From: Candidatus Multivoradales bacterium
Lineage (GTDB): Bacteria > Acidobacteriota > Thermoanaerobaculia > Multivoradales > Multivoraceae
DNA length: 64,000 bases
NCBI GenBank assembly: GCA_965223325.1
Contig: CBDCWI010000002.1
Span: forward strand, 2,976,001 to 3,040,000
Direction: 5' to 3'
The notes under the pieces are model-generated. The model saw only the letters and a program-made list of their open reading frames with translations, had not been told where the DNA came from and made no database searches. Made by a program: the position numbers and the translations under genes. The stretch's first letter is position 1. Each line of letters opens with the position of its first letter. This document shows positions 48,949 through 58,331 of the stretch, piece after piece.

Positions 48949-48977
48949 TTGACATAGAAACTATTGCGTTCTAGCAT
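48949..48977 (+). promoter_or_regulatory. Sigma70-type promoter of the Cys-rich protein gene
   Basis: TTGACA-N17-TAGCAT within an AT-rich patch. Confidence 0.7.
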
Positions 48978-49039
48978 ATCGATTCTCTGCTAATTCTCGA
49001 TGTCGCCCAAGGACCCTCACATCGACTCTGGAGAATGCG

Positions 49040-50779
49040 ATGCTGCGTACACCCCTCTCAGGTCCCACCTGTCGAACTTCACCTCCGCGAACACGTTTGT
49101 GGGCGCTTTCTTGCTGGGCTCTTCTTCTGCTCTTCTGGAGCTTCGCTGCGAGTGCTCAAGCTCCAAGCGCTCGCCTGGCCGCACAGGAGTGCGAACGCGC
49201 CTGCGGCGCGGCGGCCCAGGAGGCCTTTGAGGTTTGCCGCGACGAGGGAGGCGCACCCGAAGACTGCGAGGACCTGGCACAGCGGGTTCTCGGTGCCTGC
49301 CTCGACGAATGTTCCGACCGGCCGCTCTGCGAAAGAGACTGCGCCCGCCGTGGCCACGAGCTGCGCGAGCAGTGCCTCGATGACGGTGGAGACGAAGAGA
49401 CTTGTGACAAAAAGGCGCATGAGTTCGTGCGCGACTGCCTCGACACCTGCGATCGGCCAGATCCCGACTGCGACGAGCAGTGCGTGATCCGCGCCCGTAC
49501 GAGCTTTGCACGGTGCATAGAGAACGGCGGGGATCGGGATGAGTGCCGCCAGAAGGCCCTCACCCAACTCGACGACTGCGTCGCCAACTGCGACGACCCC
49601 CCCGAGAAGTGCGATGAGGTCTGCACCCGTGTCGCCCGCCGCGCCTACCACGCGTGCCTCGATGAGGGCGGCGACGAGGAAACCTGCCAACGCCGCGCCG
49701 CCGAACTCAGGCACCGTTGCCTCGAGGAGTGCGACGACGAGCCCCCAACCTGCGACGCCCGCTGCCTGCGTCAAGGACATCGCATCTTCGAAACCTGCAT
49801 CGACGAGGGCGGCGAGCCCGCTGTCTGTCGCGCGCGGGCCCACGAGCATGTCGTCACCTGTTTCGAGGAATGCGACAAGCCATCACCGTGCGATACCTCT
49901 TGCCGCCGACGCGCATTGATCTGGTTCGCCGAGTGTGTCGAAGCCGGCGGAGAACCCGGTCAATGCCGTGAGGATGCCAGCATCCTGCTCGAGACCTGCC
50001 TCGAACGCTGTGACGGTCCCACTCGTTGCGATGTCGCCTGTGCACGACGGGCCCGCATTCACAACCAGGAGTGCGTCGAAGCCGGCGGCGACCCGGGAGA
50101 GTGTCGCTCCCGGTCGCTGGCGCTGCTCGAGCGCTGCGTCGAGAACTGCGACGAGCCGCCGCCGCCCTGCGACGCGCTGTGCGAGCGCCGCGCCAAGCGC
50201 GTCTTCGCGCAGTGCATCGACCAGGGCGGCAACGAAGACGAGTGCCGCCTGGAAGCACGCGCGTTCCGAGCTCGTTGCATCGACCGCTGCGAAGAGCCGC
50301 CACCCACCTGCAGCGACCGCTGCGAGAACCGAGCTCGGAAGCTCGAGGAGGTCTGCCTCGAACTCGGTGGATCCGAGGCCGAGTGTGCCGCTGCGGCGGC
50401 TGGCTTCCTGGACGCGTGCCTCGAAAGATGCGATCAGCCGCCTCCGACCTGTGACGAACGTTGCGACCGCCGAGCAGATCGTCTGGTCAACTTCTGCGTC
50501 TCGCTTGGCTTCGACCCGGAGACCTGTGACGCTCGCGGCGACATCTGGCGGAGCAAGTGCAAGGACCGCTGCGCACTGAATCTCGAGGAGTGCTTCGGCC
50601 GCTGCGAACGACGTGCCCGCCACGCGCTGGACGAGTGCCTGGATCTCGGGGGTTCGGAGCAAGCCTGCCAAGAGCGCGCAGAGAACCTGCTCGGCGCATG
50701 CCAGGAGCGCTGCAACCGGGTCTTCGGCACCGACCTCGAGTCGGGCGACCTGCGCGACTTCCTGTCGATCCGCAATTGA
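49040..50779 (+). CDS. Secreted cysteine-rich repeat protein (11 x C-x3-C-x10-C-x9-C-x10-C-x3-C)
   Basis: Signal peptide ending ASA-Q; 11 repeats of 46-47 aa; C-terminal VFGTDLESGDL. Confidence 0.85.
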   Translation: MLRTPLSGPTCRTSPPRTRLWALSCWALLLLFWSFAASAQAPSARLAAQECERACGAAAQEAFEVCRDEGGAPEDCEDLAQRVLGACLDECSDRPLCERDCARRGHELREQCLDDGGDEETCDKKAHEFVRDCLDTCDRPDPDCDEQCVIRARTSFARCIENGGDRDECRQKALTQLDDCVANCDDPPEKCDEVCTRVARRAYHACLDEGGDEETCQRRAAELRHRCLEECDDEPPTCDARCLRQGHRIFETCIDEGGEPAVCRARAHEHVVTCFEECDKPSPCDTSCRRRALIWFAECVEAGGEPGQCREDASILLETCLERCDGPTRCDVACARRARIHNQECVEAGGDPGECRSRSLALLERCVENCDEPPPPCDALCERRAKRVFAQCIDQGGNEDECRLEARAFRARCIDRCEEPPPTCSDRCENRARKLEEVCLELGGSEAECAAAAAGFLDACLERCDQPPPTCDERCDRRADRLVNFCVSLGFDPETCDARGDIWRSKCKDRCALNLEECFGRCERRARHALDECLDLGGSEQACQERAENLLGACQERCNRVFGTDLESGDLRDFLSIRN

Positions 50780-50918
50780 GCGAGGACCGGAGTGACCGGC
50801 CCCGGCCGGCGCTCCTCTGATTCCCCTCAAGGGTGGTGAGGTGCCAGAGGGCTGCTCCCGTCCACGGGCCCGGCGGCACCTCGCCACCCTTTCTTTTGTC
50901 AGAGGGGGGAGGGAGCGC

Positions 50919-51560
50919 CTACAACAGCTGTTGGACGCGCGCTGCCACCATGTCCATCGCCACCTGGTTCTCCCCGCCCTCCGGCACGATGACGTCAGCC
51001 CAGCGCTTCGACGGTTCAACGAACTCGAGATGCATCGGGCGCACGGTTCCCAGGTACTGCGACATCACGCTCTCGAAAGTACGCCCGCGCTCTTCGAGGT
51101 CCCTCTGCAGACGGCGCGCGAGGCGCACGTCGGCATCCGTATCAACGAAGACTTTGAAGTCGAGCAAGCGACGAACGCGCTGCTCGGCGAACAACAAGAT
51201 GCCTTCTACGAGCACCACACGATGTGCTTCGACGCGCCGCGTCTCTTCAGTTCGGCGATGCGTCGTGAAGTCATAGACCGGAACGTCAACCGGATGCCCG
51301 TCGCGAAGACTCTCGAGATGTTCGACCAGCAGATCGAAGTCGAGGGCATCAGGATGGTCGAAGTTATAGCGATCCTGTTCTTCAGCACTCGTCCACTGGA
51401 CGTCTTTGTAGTAGCCATCCTGGGTGAGAAAGGAGATGCGGTCGGCGCCCACCACCTCGAGGAGCTTTCGGGCGACTGTCGTCTTTCCAGAACCGCTACC
51501 ACCGGCCACGCCCAGGGTGACAACCGGGGGACTCGCTGTATCGATTTCTTTGGCGCTCAC
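50919..51560 (-). CDS. udk: Uridine kinase
   Basis: GVAGGSGSGKTT, QDGYY, NFDHPDA, VEGIL, RRLQRD..ERGR, FVEPSKRWAD. Confidence 0.95.
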   Translation of the reverse strand: MSAKEIDTASPPVVTLGVAGGSGSGKTTVARKLLEVVGADRISFLTQDGYYKDVQWTSAEEQDRYNFDHPDALDFDLLVEHLESLRDGHPVDVPVYDFTTHRRTEETRRVEAHRVVLVEGILLFAEQRVRRLLDFKVFVDTDADVRLARRLQRDLEERGRTFESVMSQYLGTVRPMHLEFVEPSKRWADVIVPEGGENQVAMDMVAARVQQLL

Positions 51561-51573
51561 GGACCGCAGTGTC

Positions 51574-52398
51574 TCACTTCTGGCAGCGAGGGCAATAGAA
51601 AGTGCTACGGCCAGAGTGAACTGAACGGCGCACGGTCGCCCCACACGCATGGCACGGCTCTCCCTGGCGACCGTAGACGTCGAGCGAGACCTGAAAGTAG
51701 CCGGGTTCTCCGGCACCGTTGGCGAAATCGTTGAGTGTCGTCCCGCCTTCCCTGATTGCCGAAGACAGGACGTGACGTACCGACTCCGCGAGGGCATCGA
51801 ACCGCTTCGAGGCGATCCGTGCCACCGACCGGTTCGGGTGAATGCCAGCGCGAAACAGCGCCTCACATGCGTAGATGTTCCCCACTCCCACGACCAGCCG
51901 CGCGTCCATGAGAAAGGTCTTCACCGGCGCGCGCCGCCCCTTCGCCAGCCGCGCGAGCAACGCGCCGTCGAACTCACTCTCGAGCGGCTCCACGCCCAGG
52001 TGCTTGAAGTGCCGATCACACCCTTCGTCGTCACGGGCGACCACGAAGACCACCCCGAAGCGGCGCGGGTCGCGAAAGCGCAGTTGCCGCCCGTCGTCGA
52101 TCCCGAACACGAGGTGTTCATGTGGCTCTGGCGGAGCAGCCGCCGACTCCACCACCAGACGACCGCTCATTCCGAGATGGACCACCAGAGCATGGTCTCC
52201 TTCGACGTCGATCAGGAGGTACTTCGCCCGCCTGCGCAAGCCGATGACCCTCCGGTCCACGATCGACTCTTTGAGTTCCCGTTTGGGAATCGGCTCGCGC
52301 AGGCTTGGAAAACGAACCTCGACCGAAGAGAAGCGCTGGCCGATGAGCACCGGCTCGAGACTCCGCTTGAGGACCTCGACCTCCGGAAGCTCCGGCAT
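51574..52398 (-). CDS. mutM: Formamidopyrimidine-DNA glycosylase
   Basis: MPELPEVE, HLGMSG, DPRRFG, GVGNIY, C-terminal zinc finger. Confidence 0.97.
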   Translation of the reverse strand: MPELPEVEVLKRSLEPVLIGQRFSSVEVRFPSLREPIPKRELKESIVDRRVIGLRRRAKYLLIDVEGDHALVVHLGMSGRLVVESAAAPPEPHEHLVFGIDDGRQLRFRDPRRFGVVFVVARDDEGCDRHFKHLGVEPLESEFDGALLARLAKGRRAPVKTFLMDARLVVGVGNIYACEALFRAGIHPNRSVARIASKRFDALAESVRHVLSSAIREGGTTLNDFANGAGEPGYFQVSLDVYGRQGEPCHACGATVRRSVHSGRSTFYCPRCQK

Positions 52399-52405
52399 CC
52401 AAGAG

Positions 52406-53890
52406 CTACCGACGCCGGGCGCGCGAGCGCCGACCGCCAACCGAAACCGCCGCCACCAACTGCGCGAGCGCGACTTCGGGTTCGCCGCTCTCTCCCTTGA
52501 GGCGCATCTCGGTTTCGAGCACGCGCGCCGGCAGGTTGTTCAGATTGCTCGACTGCAACCGCGACGCCGCCGAGTAGATGCGAAAAAGGCGAAACGGGTG
52601 CATGCCGGCCAGGGGGTTGACGATTCCGTCGGGTAACTCACCCTGCAGTCGGGGTGCGTGGCTCGACTTGAAACGATTGTAGTTGCTCTCGCCCATCGTG
52701 ACTCCGAGTAGCCGCGCATTGGCCTGCACGCTCACGATGTTGGTGCAAAACCCCGAGATCAGAGAGAAGAAGCTCAGCCGCGCCGCCATCTCGTCGTCGG
52801 CCGACGCCATCATGCGACGTAGACGCGACAGAGCCTCGCCGGGTTTCCCGTCACCCACCGCATCGAGGAGCTTCCAGACATCCTCTTCGCCACGATCGAC
52901 CACCACATCCTCGACCAGAGTGCGGGTGATCGGCCCCCCGTCGGCAAGCGACGCGAGCTTTCGGTACTCACCAGCCAGTCGTGAGGTCGAGTCGGCATGG
53001 ATGCCGCCTCCGCCGCCTCTCGCGTCACTCTTGCGCAGGGTTCTGCGGGCGAGCTCCTGGAGCGCCGCCGGCTCGATGCGTGCCCCGGTCTCGCGCTCGA
53101 GCTCGGCAGCGACTGGACCAAGGCCTTCGAAACCGCCCTGCCGAGTGACTTCGACGTGACCCACCGAGACGACGGCCCCCTGGGCCGCCAGGCGCTCGAC
53201 GATGGGATGATCAGGAGCAGCACTCGACTCGCAGAGGACCAACGAATGACCGTCGGGGAGCCCTTGTTCGAGCAGTTGGCCGAGGGCGCTGGCGTCGGAC
53301 TCGGCCCAACCCACCAGACCGGCAACCAGGCCGGCCTCGAGCAAGGTGCCCAGGCCCGAGCGCAGCTCCGCCACCTGCTTCTTCCCGCGCCCACGGTTCT
53401 TGCGCTTCTTTCGAAACGCCGCCCCGCCCTGAAAGGCCCAGTCGGGGATGTCGGCCAACACCGCGGGACCACTGCTAGGGTTGATGCCAAACAAGCGGCA
53501 CGCCTGCAACAGGCGACTCGCACCTGCCTTCGCCTTGCCGTCGAGCTGCAACACCTCGAGCGGCCCCGGCTCCGGCAGCGGTAACACCTCGCCCGCCGCA
53601 TCGATCAGGTCAGCCGCTGCTCGCCGGTCAGCGAATAGCGCCGTCTCGATGGCAAGAATGCACTTGCCGGACTCAAAGAGCGAGAAGGTCTGCAGGTCTT
53701 CGAGAACCTTCTCGAGCCCCGCTGGCCGCCGCTCCGACCGTACTTCCACGCCAGCGAGCTCGGCACGCGCACTAGCAATACGCTCCGCGACCGGTTCGGC
53801 CATCACCAGGTCGCCAACGACGATCCACACCGACGGCCCGTCGGCCTGGCCGGCACGCGCGACGGCTGCCGCGGCCGGATCGCTGCTCAA
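52406..53890 (-). CDS. Probable divergent DNA polymerase III delta subunit (HolA-like) with an insertion
   Basis: LQTFSLFE, IEPAALQEL, EYRKLASL, EEDVWKLLDAV, HPFRL, ETEMRLKG. Confidence 0.6.
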   Translation of the reverse strand: MSSDPAAAAVARAGQADGPSVWIVVGDLVMAEPVAERIASARAELAGVEVRSERRPAGLEKVLEDLQTFSLFESGKCILAIETALFADRRAAADLIDAAGEVLPLPEPGPLEVLQLDGKAKAGASRLLQACRLFGINPSSGPAVLADIPDWAFQGGAAFRKKRKNRGRGKKQVAELRSGLGTLLEAGLVAGLVGWAESDASALGQLLEQGLPDGHSLVLCESSAAPDHPIVERLAAQGAVVSVGHVEVTRQGGFEGLGPVAAELERETGARIEPAALQELARRTLRKSDARGGGGGIHADSTSRLAGEYRKLASLADGGPITRTLVEDVVVDRGEEDVWKLLDAVGDGKPGEALSRLRRMMASADDEMAARLSFFSLISGFCTNIVSVQANARLLGVTMGESNYNRFKSSHAPRLQGELPDGIVNPLAGMHPFRLFRIYSAASRLQSSNLNNLPARVLETEMRLKGESGEPEVALAQLVAAVSVGGRRSRARRR

Positions 53891-55323
53891 GACTCAGGCT
53901 CGGACGGACCTGGATCGCTCGGCTGAATCGAGAGCGAGGGACCCGGGTGACCATGGAATATCGGTCGCTGCTCCAGTTCCTGCTCCGCCTCGAACAGTCG
54001 CTCGTGTTCGAAGCCGAGCTCGACCGCATTCCATGACCCGCAGGCGCCACAACGACCGCGCCAGTCGTCGTACTCGCTGACACAGACACGGCAGCGATAG
54101 ACCGACTCACGCACGCCAAGCTGGTTGACCGCCGTACGGTAGGACATCGCCGCACGGCGAATCTCGCCCCGCCGCTCGCGAATGCGACCGAAGAGATAGT
54201 GGTAGGTCGGCAACTCCTCGATGCGGTCCTCGAGACCGGCCAATACCTTGTCGGCATCTTCGAGCATCTCGAGACGGTAGTAGAGACGCCCCAGAAAGAA
54301 GCGCGGCAGGAGATCGTCCGGGGCCAAAGCGATCACCGAGCGCATGACTTCAATCGCTCGCAGTGGCTCCTCTTCATCGAGCAGGTAGTCCTCGATGCGC
54401 TGCAGGAAGACCGGGTTGCCAGTGTCCTCGAAGCCCCTCCGCCAGGCGGCCAGGGCGGCGCTCTCGTCTTCGGAGATCAAGGCCACTTCACCCAACATGA
54501 TGCGCGCCGGAATGAAACTCGGGTCATCGACCAGGATGCGCTCGAACAAGAGAGCGGCATCGCTCAAACGTTCTTCTTCGAGAAGCGCAACGCCGCGCTG
54601 GTAGGCCAGACCGACGCGCTGGCCATGGTCGCGATGCGACGCCTCTTCATCGGGCCCGCCGGCCAACAACGCGTCGATTTCGTCTTGCAGCCGAGTGGCC
54701 TCCGACCAGTCGCCTACCGAGATCGCAACCGACCGCTGACTACGCAACGCCGCCACACCTCGGCCGCCGTACTCGCGCGCCACGCGCGCCCTGACCTCGT
54801 CGGCTACGCGCTGCTTGCCCTCGGCCTCGTAGTCCGCGGCCAGCTCATATTGGAGAGCGACGCTTCCCGGGAACAGTTCAGCCGCGGCTCGATGCACCTC
54901 GAGCGCCTCCGACGTTCGACCGAGGTGGCGCAAGATGCGCCCGCGAAGGAGCTGCGCGGCGAAGTCTCCCTCGCGCTCGGCGACCACCTGGTCTACCTGC
55001 TCGAGCGCCTTGCCGAGTTGGCTGTCGGCCTCGAAGTCGAAGGCCCGCCTCAACGCCTGGTCGGCACTGACTTCCTGGCGTGCCTGACGACGCTCGGCGC
55101 GCTCAGCCAGATCGCGCCTGACCGTGCGTACGAACAGGCTGGTCGCCGGCGGCAAGAAGCCCGCCAGAAACACCAGCACGCCCATCACCCAGAGTGGCAC
55201 GGAGGCGTCGCCCCAGAGAGCGAACGGCCGCTCGAGCAGTTCGCGGTTGGCGAGCGACAAGTAGGCGACGAGTATCGCGGCGCCCAGTGCCAGGAGAAAA
55301 CTGAAGTACGCCGGAAGTTTCAC
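53887..55323 (-). CDS. LapA-LapB-like protein (two TM helices, TPR repeats, rubredoxin-like C-terminus)
   Basis: N-terminal TM-N...VPLW-TM, TPR repeats, YRCRVC...WRGRCGACGSWN. Confidence 0.8.
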   Translation of the reverse strand: MKLPAYFSFLLALGAAILVAYLSLANRELLERPFALWGDASVPLWVMGVLVFLAGFLPPATSLFVRTVRRDLAERAERRQARQEVSADQALRRAFDFEADSQLGKALEQVDQVVAEREGDFAAQLLRGRILRHLGRTSEALEVHRAAAELFPGSVALQYELAADYEAEGKQRVADEVRARVAREYGGRGVAALRSQRSVAISVGDWSEATRLQDEIDALLAGGPDEEASHRDHGQRVGLAYQRGVALLEEERLSDAALLFERILVDDPSFIPARIMLGEVALISEDESAALAAWRRGFEDTGNPVFLQRIEDYLLDEEEPLRAIEVMRSVIALAPDDLLPRFFLGRLYYRLEMLEDADKVLAGLEDRIEELPTYHYLFGRIRERRGEIRRAAMSYRTAVNQLGVRESVYRCRVCVSEYDDWRGRCGACGSWNAVELGFEHERLFEAEQELEQRPIFHGHPGPSLSIQPSDPGPSEPES

Positions 55324-55512
55324 CCGTCGATGCTACCGCAGCCCGAACTCGTCTCGCCGGTCGACTCGACGCGCCGTGCCCCACCACCTCGGCTTGCCTC
55401 AGAGGCCAGGAGCCCGTGGTGAAAGACCCATGTGACCGAGGACGACTGCCCCGAGCGCGGGCCCGTCCTCGGCATCTGTCACTACACCTTCAGGTTGAGC
55501 CTACGCCGCTCC

Positions 55513-56598
55513 TCAGAGGTCGTCGAGCAGGCCCTTCTCGAACAGTTCCTGACTCTCGATGGTGAAACGAGTCCACGGAACCGCGCGCAGGCGTTCCGAA
55601 GGAATCGCCTCGCCAGAATGCTCGCAGAAGCCAAACTCACCGTCGGCCAGCCGCTGCAGCGCCTCTTCGACCCGTCGCAGGAGCTGCAGCTCGGATTCCC
55701 CGATGCTGGCCAGCAACTGACGGTTGTAGGCATTGTTGGCGCGATCGACGATGTCTTCGGTTCCGTCCTCATTGGGATCTGAATCAACACCAGCGTAGGC
55801 ACTGATCAGCTCGTCACGCTTCTCTTCGAGCTTGCGCCGGTAGAGCTCGAGATCCCTCTTCGAATGGGTGCGCTTCCGGCGCTTCGGCTTGGGTGCGCCA
55901 TCGAGGCGAACGATCTTGACGGTTGGCTTCTTACTCTTGGCCGAGGCCGGTCGCACCGAGCGCACCGGCTCGGCGCGCGCCATGGCCTTCCTGGCAGCCT
56001 CATCAGCCTTCTTCCGCGAGGAGCGTTTCTTGCGCTTCTTCTTGGGAGGCGCCTTCTTCTGGGCCTCCTTGGCGATCTTCTTCTTGGCAACCTTCTTCTT
56101 GGCCGCCTTCTTCTTGGCCGCCTTCTTCTTGGTGACCTTCTTCTTCTTGGCGACCTTTTTCTTGGCGACCTTTTTCTTGGCGACTTTCTTTTTCTTGGCG
56201 GGTCTCTTCTTCGTCGTCTTCTTCTTGGCCTTCTTGGCGACCTTCTTTTTGGCCGCCTTCTTCTTGACCTTCTTCTTGACCTTCTTTTTGACCTTCTTCT
56301 TGGCAGATCTTTTCTTCGCGATCTTCTTCTTTGCTGTCTTCCTCTTTGCCGGCTTCTTCTTCGCAGCCTTTCTCGCGACCTTCTTCTTGGAGACCTTCTT
56401 CTTCTTGGACTTCTTGGCGACCTTCTTCTTGGCCGTCTTCTTCTTGGCCGTCTTCTTCTTGCTGACCTTCTTCTTGGAGGTCTTCTTCTTCTTCGACACC
56501 TTCTTCTTCGACACCTTCTTCTTCAACGCCTTCTTCTCCGAAGTCTTCCTGGACGACTTCTTCTTGCTGGATCTCTTTTTGGTCTTCCTGGCGGCCAT
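55513..56598 (-). CDS. DksA/TraR family protein with an N-terminal histone H1-like Lys-rich domain
   Basis: ~195 aa of KKKx[AS] repeats, then coiled coil DIVDRA and FGFCEHSGEAIPSERLRAVPW; AGAGGAGG RBS. Confidence 0.88.
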   Translation of the reverse strand: MAARKTKKRSSKKKSSRKTSEKKALKKKVSKKKVSKKKKTSKKKVSKKKTAKKKTAKKKVAKKSKKKKVSKKKVARKAAKKKPAKRKTAKKKIAKKRSAKKKVKKKVKKKVKKKAAKKKVAKKAKKKTTKKRPAKKKKVAKKKVAKKKVAKKKKVTKKKAAKKKAAKKKVAKKKIAKEAQKKAPPKKKRKKRSSRKKADEAARKAMARAEPVRSVRPASAKSKKPTVKIVRLDGAPKPKRRKRTHSKRDLELYRRKLEEKRDELISAYAGVDSDPNEDGTEDIVDRANNAYNRQLLASIGESELQLLRRVEEALQRLADGEFGFCEHSGEAIPSERLRAVPWTRFTIESQELFEKGLLDDL

Positions 56599-56744
56599 TC
56601 CCTGCTACCTCCTCTGACCTATGCGCCTGGGCGCAGCTGAGCGGACGTACGTACCAACCGAACGATCCTCTAAACCAGGCTGGCGGAGTGCCTCTCTCGA
56701 GTGCTCGCAGCGTGCCCGCGGGCACCTGCTGCCGGCCAGCCGGC

Positions 56745-57221
56745 TTACAACGGCTCGCGATGGTAGCGTATTCCGGCCTTTATGGTGAATGCGCGGTATA
56801 CCTGTTCATAGAGGACCAGGCGCGCCAGCTCGTGCGGAAGGGTCATCGGGCCGAGCGACATGACCATGTCTGCGGCCTCGGTGACCTCGCGATCGAGCCC
56901 CAGATCCGACCCCACAACGAAGCACAACGGGTGCGGCCATTCCTCCTGCTGGCGCTCCAGCCAGCGGGCGAAAGCCTTGGAACTCACCGGTTTTCCCCGC
57001 CGATCGAGGGCCACCCGACGCACCGGCGGGGCCACCGCCGCCAGCAGGGCCCGCCCCTCCTCGCGCAGGCGGACGTGCTCGTCTTGTCGGTCACGGACCT
57101 TGACCGGCAGCTCGCGGAGGGACACGAAACGGGAGATCCGGTCGCGATAATCGGCGCAAAGGTCGTCCCAGCGGTCCCGGCGGTGTCGCCCCGCCCACAG
57201 AATGACGATTTCGCGCGCCAT
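56745..57221 (-). CDS. rlmH: 23S rRNA pseudouridine-1915 N3-methyltransferase
   Basis: ALDRRGK, FVVGSDLGL, SLGPMTLPHELARLVLYEQVYRA, YHRE. Confidence 0.95.
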   Translation of the reverse strand: MAREIVILWAGRHRRDRWDDLCADYRDRISRFVSLRELPVKVRDRQDEHVRLREEGRALLAAVAPPVRRVALDRRGKPVSSKAFARWLERQQEEWPHPLCFVVGSDLGLDREVTEAADMVMSLGPMTLPHELARLVLYEQVYRAFTIKAGIRYHREPL

Positions 57222-57279
57222 GCTTTCAATCCTCGAAGGGCTCAGAGTCCCGGTTGTCTGCGTTATCCTCCGAGATCCT

Positions 57280-58272
57280 ATGGCCTGGACTCCCGAGCAA
57301 GAGCAACGCCGCCGCCGCCGTCGACGGCTGATCCGCGGACTGGTCGTGGGTGGGGCCGCCCTCGGCCTGCCCGCCCTCGCCAACGTCCTGGTGGCGCGGC
57401 GTGCCAAGGCCCTGCCGCCGCCCGACTGGGGCACGCCCGACCTCTACGACTGGCGCGACGGCACGGTAGCGTTCAGACGGCTCGGCGCCGGGCCGCCCAT
57501 CGTCCTTCTACATAGCTTCGGAGTGGGTCATTCGAGCCTCGAATGGCGAGCCGCCGCGCAGTTGCTGGCCGGGAGCTACGAGGTCATCGTGCCCGACCTG
57601 CTCGGCTGGGGCGACTCAGACAAGCCCTCGCGCACCTACGACGGCGAGCTCTACAACCAGCTGGTCGCCGACCTGATCGCCGACGTCGCGGGTCGGCGCG
57701 CCGTCATCGCCGCCTCGGGCCTCACCGCCGCGTACGCCGTCCAGTTGGCCGTCGACCAGCCGGAAAGCGTTCGCGGACTCGCCCTGGTGGCACCGATGGG
57801 GCTCGAACTGCACGGCGATGAGCCCGACATCAAGGACGCGATTGTCCATCGGCTCTTGCGTCTCCCGATCCTGGGGACTTCATCGCTCAACGTTTTCACC
57901 TCGAGGCGCGGGATCGTGCACCATCTCGAGCGCGAAGTCTTCGCCGATCCCGCCACAGCCAACGAAGACCTGATTGACGCCTACTACCGCGCCAGCCATC
58001 TCGAAGGCGCGCATGCCGCCCTGGCCGCCTATCTGGCCGGCTATCTCAACCACGACGTTGGCGATCTCCTGGCGCGTCTCGAACTGCCGGTCTGGCTGGC
58101 CTGGGGCCGCGAGGCGCGCAGCCCAGCGGTTGAAACGGCCGATCTCTGGCTGCGCTCGCTCGGCGACAGCCATCTCGAGGTGCTCGAACACGCCTCCGTT
58201 CAACCCCACGCCGAGCGCCCGCTCGAATTCACCGAGGCCCTGCAAGGCTTTCTCTCCTCACTGCGCGACTGA
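57280..58272 (+). CDS. Alpha/beta fold hydrolase
   Basis: PIVLLHS, PDLLGWGDSDKP, LAWG, PHAE; atypical nucleophile elbow (ASGLT). Confidence 0.85.
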   Translation: MAWTPEQEQRRRRRRRLIRGLVVGGAALGLPALANVLVARRAKALPPPDWGTPDLYDWRDGTVAFRRLGAGPPIVLLHSFGVGHSSLEWRAAAQLLAGSYEVIVPDLLGWGDSDKPSRTYDGELYNQLVADLIADVAGRRAVIAASGLTAAYAVQLAVDQPESVRGLALVAPMGLELHGDEPDIKDAIVHRLLRLPILGTSSLNVFTSRRGIVHHLEREVFADPATANEDLIDAYYRASHLEGAHAALAAYLAGYLNHDVGDLLARLELPVWLAWGREARSPAVETADLWLRSLGDSHLEVLEHASVQPHAERPLEFTEALQGFLSSLRD

Positions 58273-58331
58273 CCGAGCCCGGACGCGCTATCCCCTTCCT
58301 ACAAACTCCTACCTCTCAGCTGGAGCCCCTG

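Noticed and set aside
49040-50779. Multiheme cytochrome or ferredoxin interpretation of the Cys-rich protein
   Set aside because: No CxxCH or CxxCxxC motifs; the spacing is Cx3C
55864-56725. Long Phe/Leu-rich antisense ORFs and a Glu-rich alternate-frame ORF over the Lys tract
   Set aside because: Expected by-products of (AAG)n repeats, which lack stops in other frames; only the Lys frame has an RBS and continues into DksA
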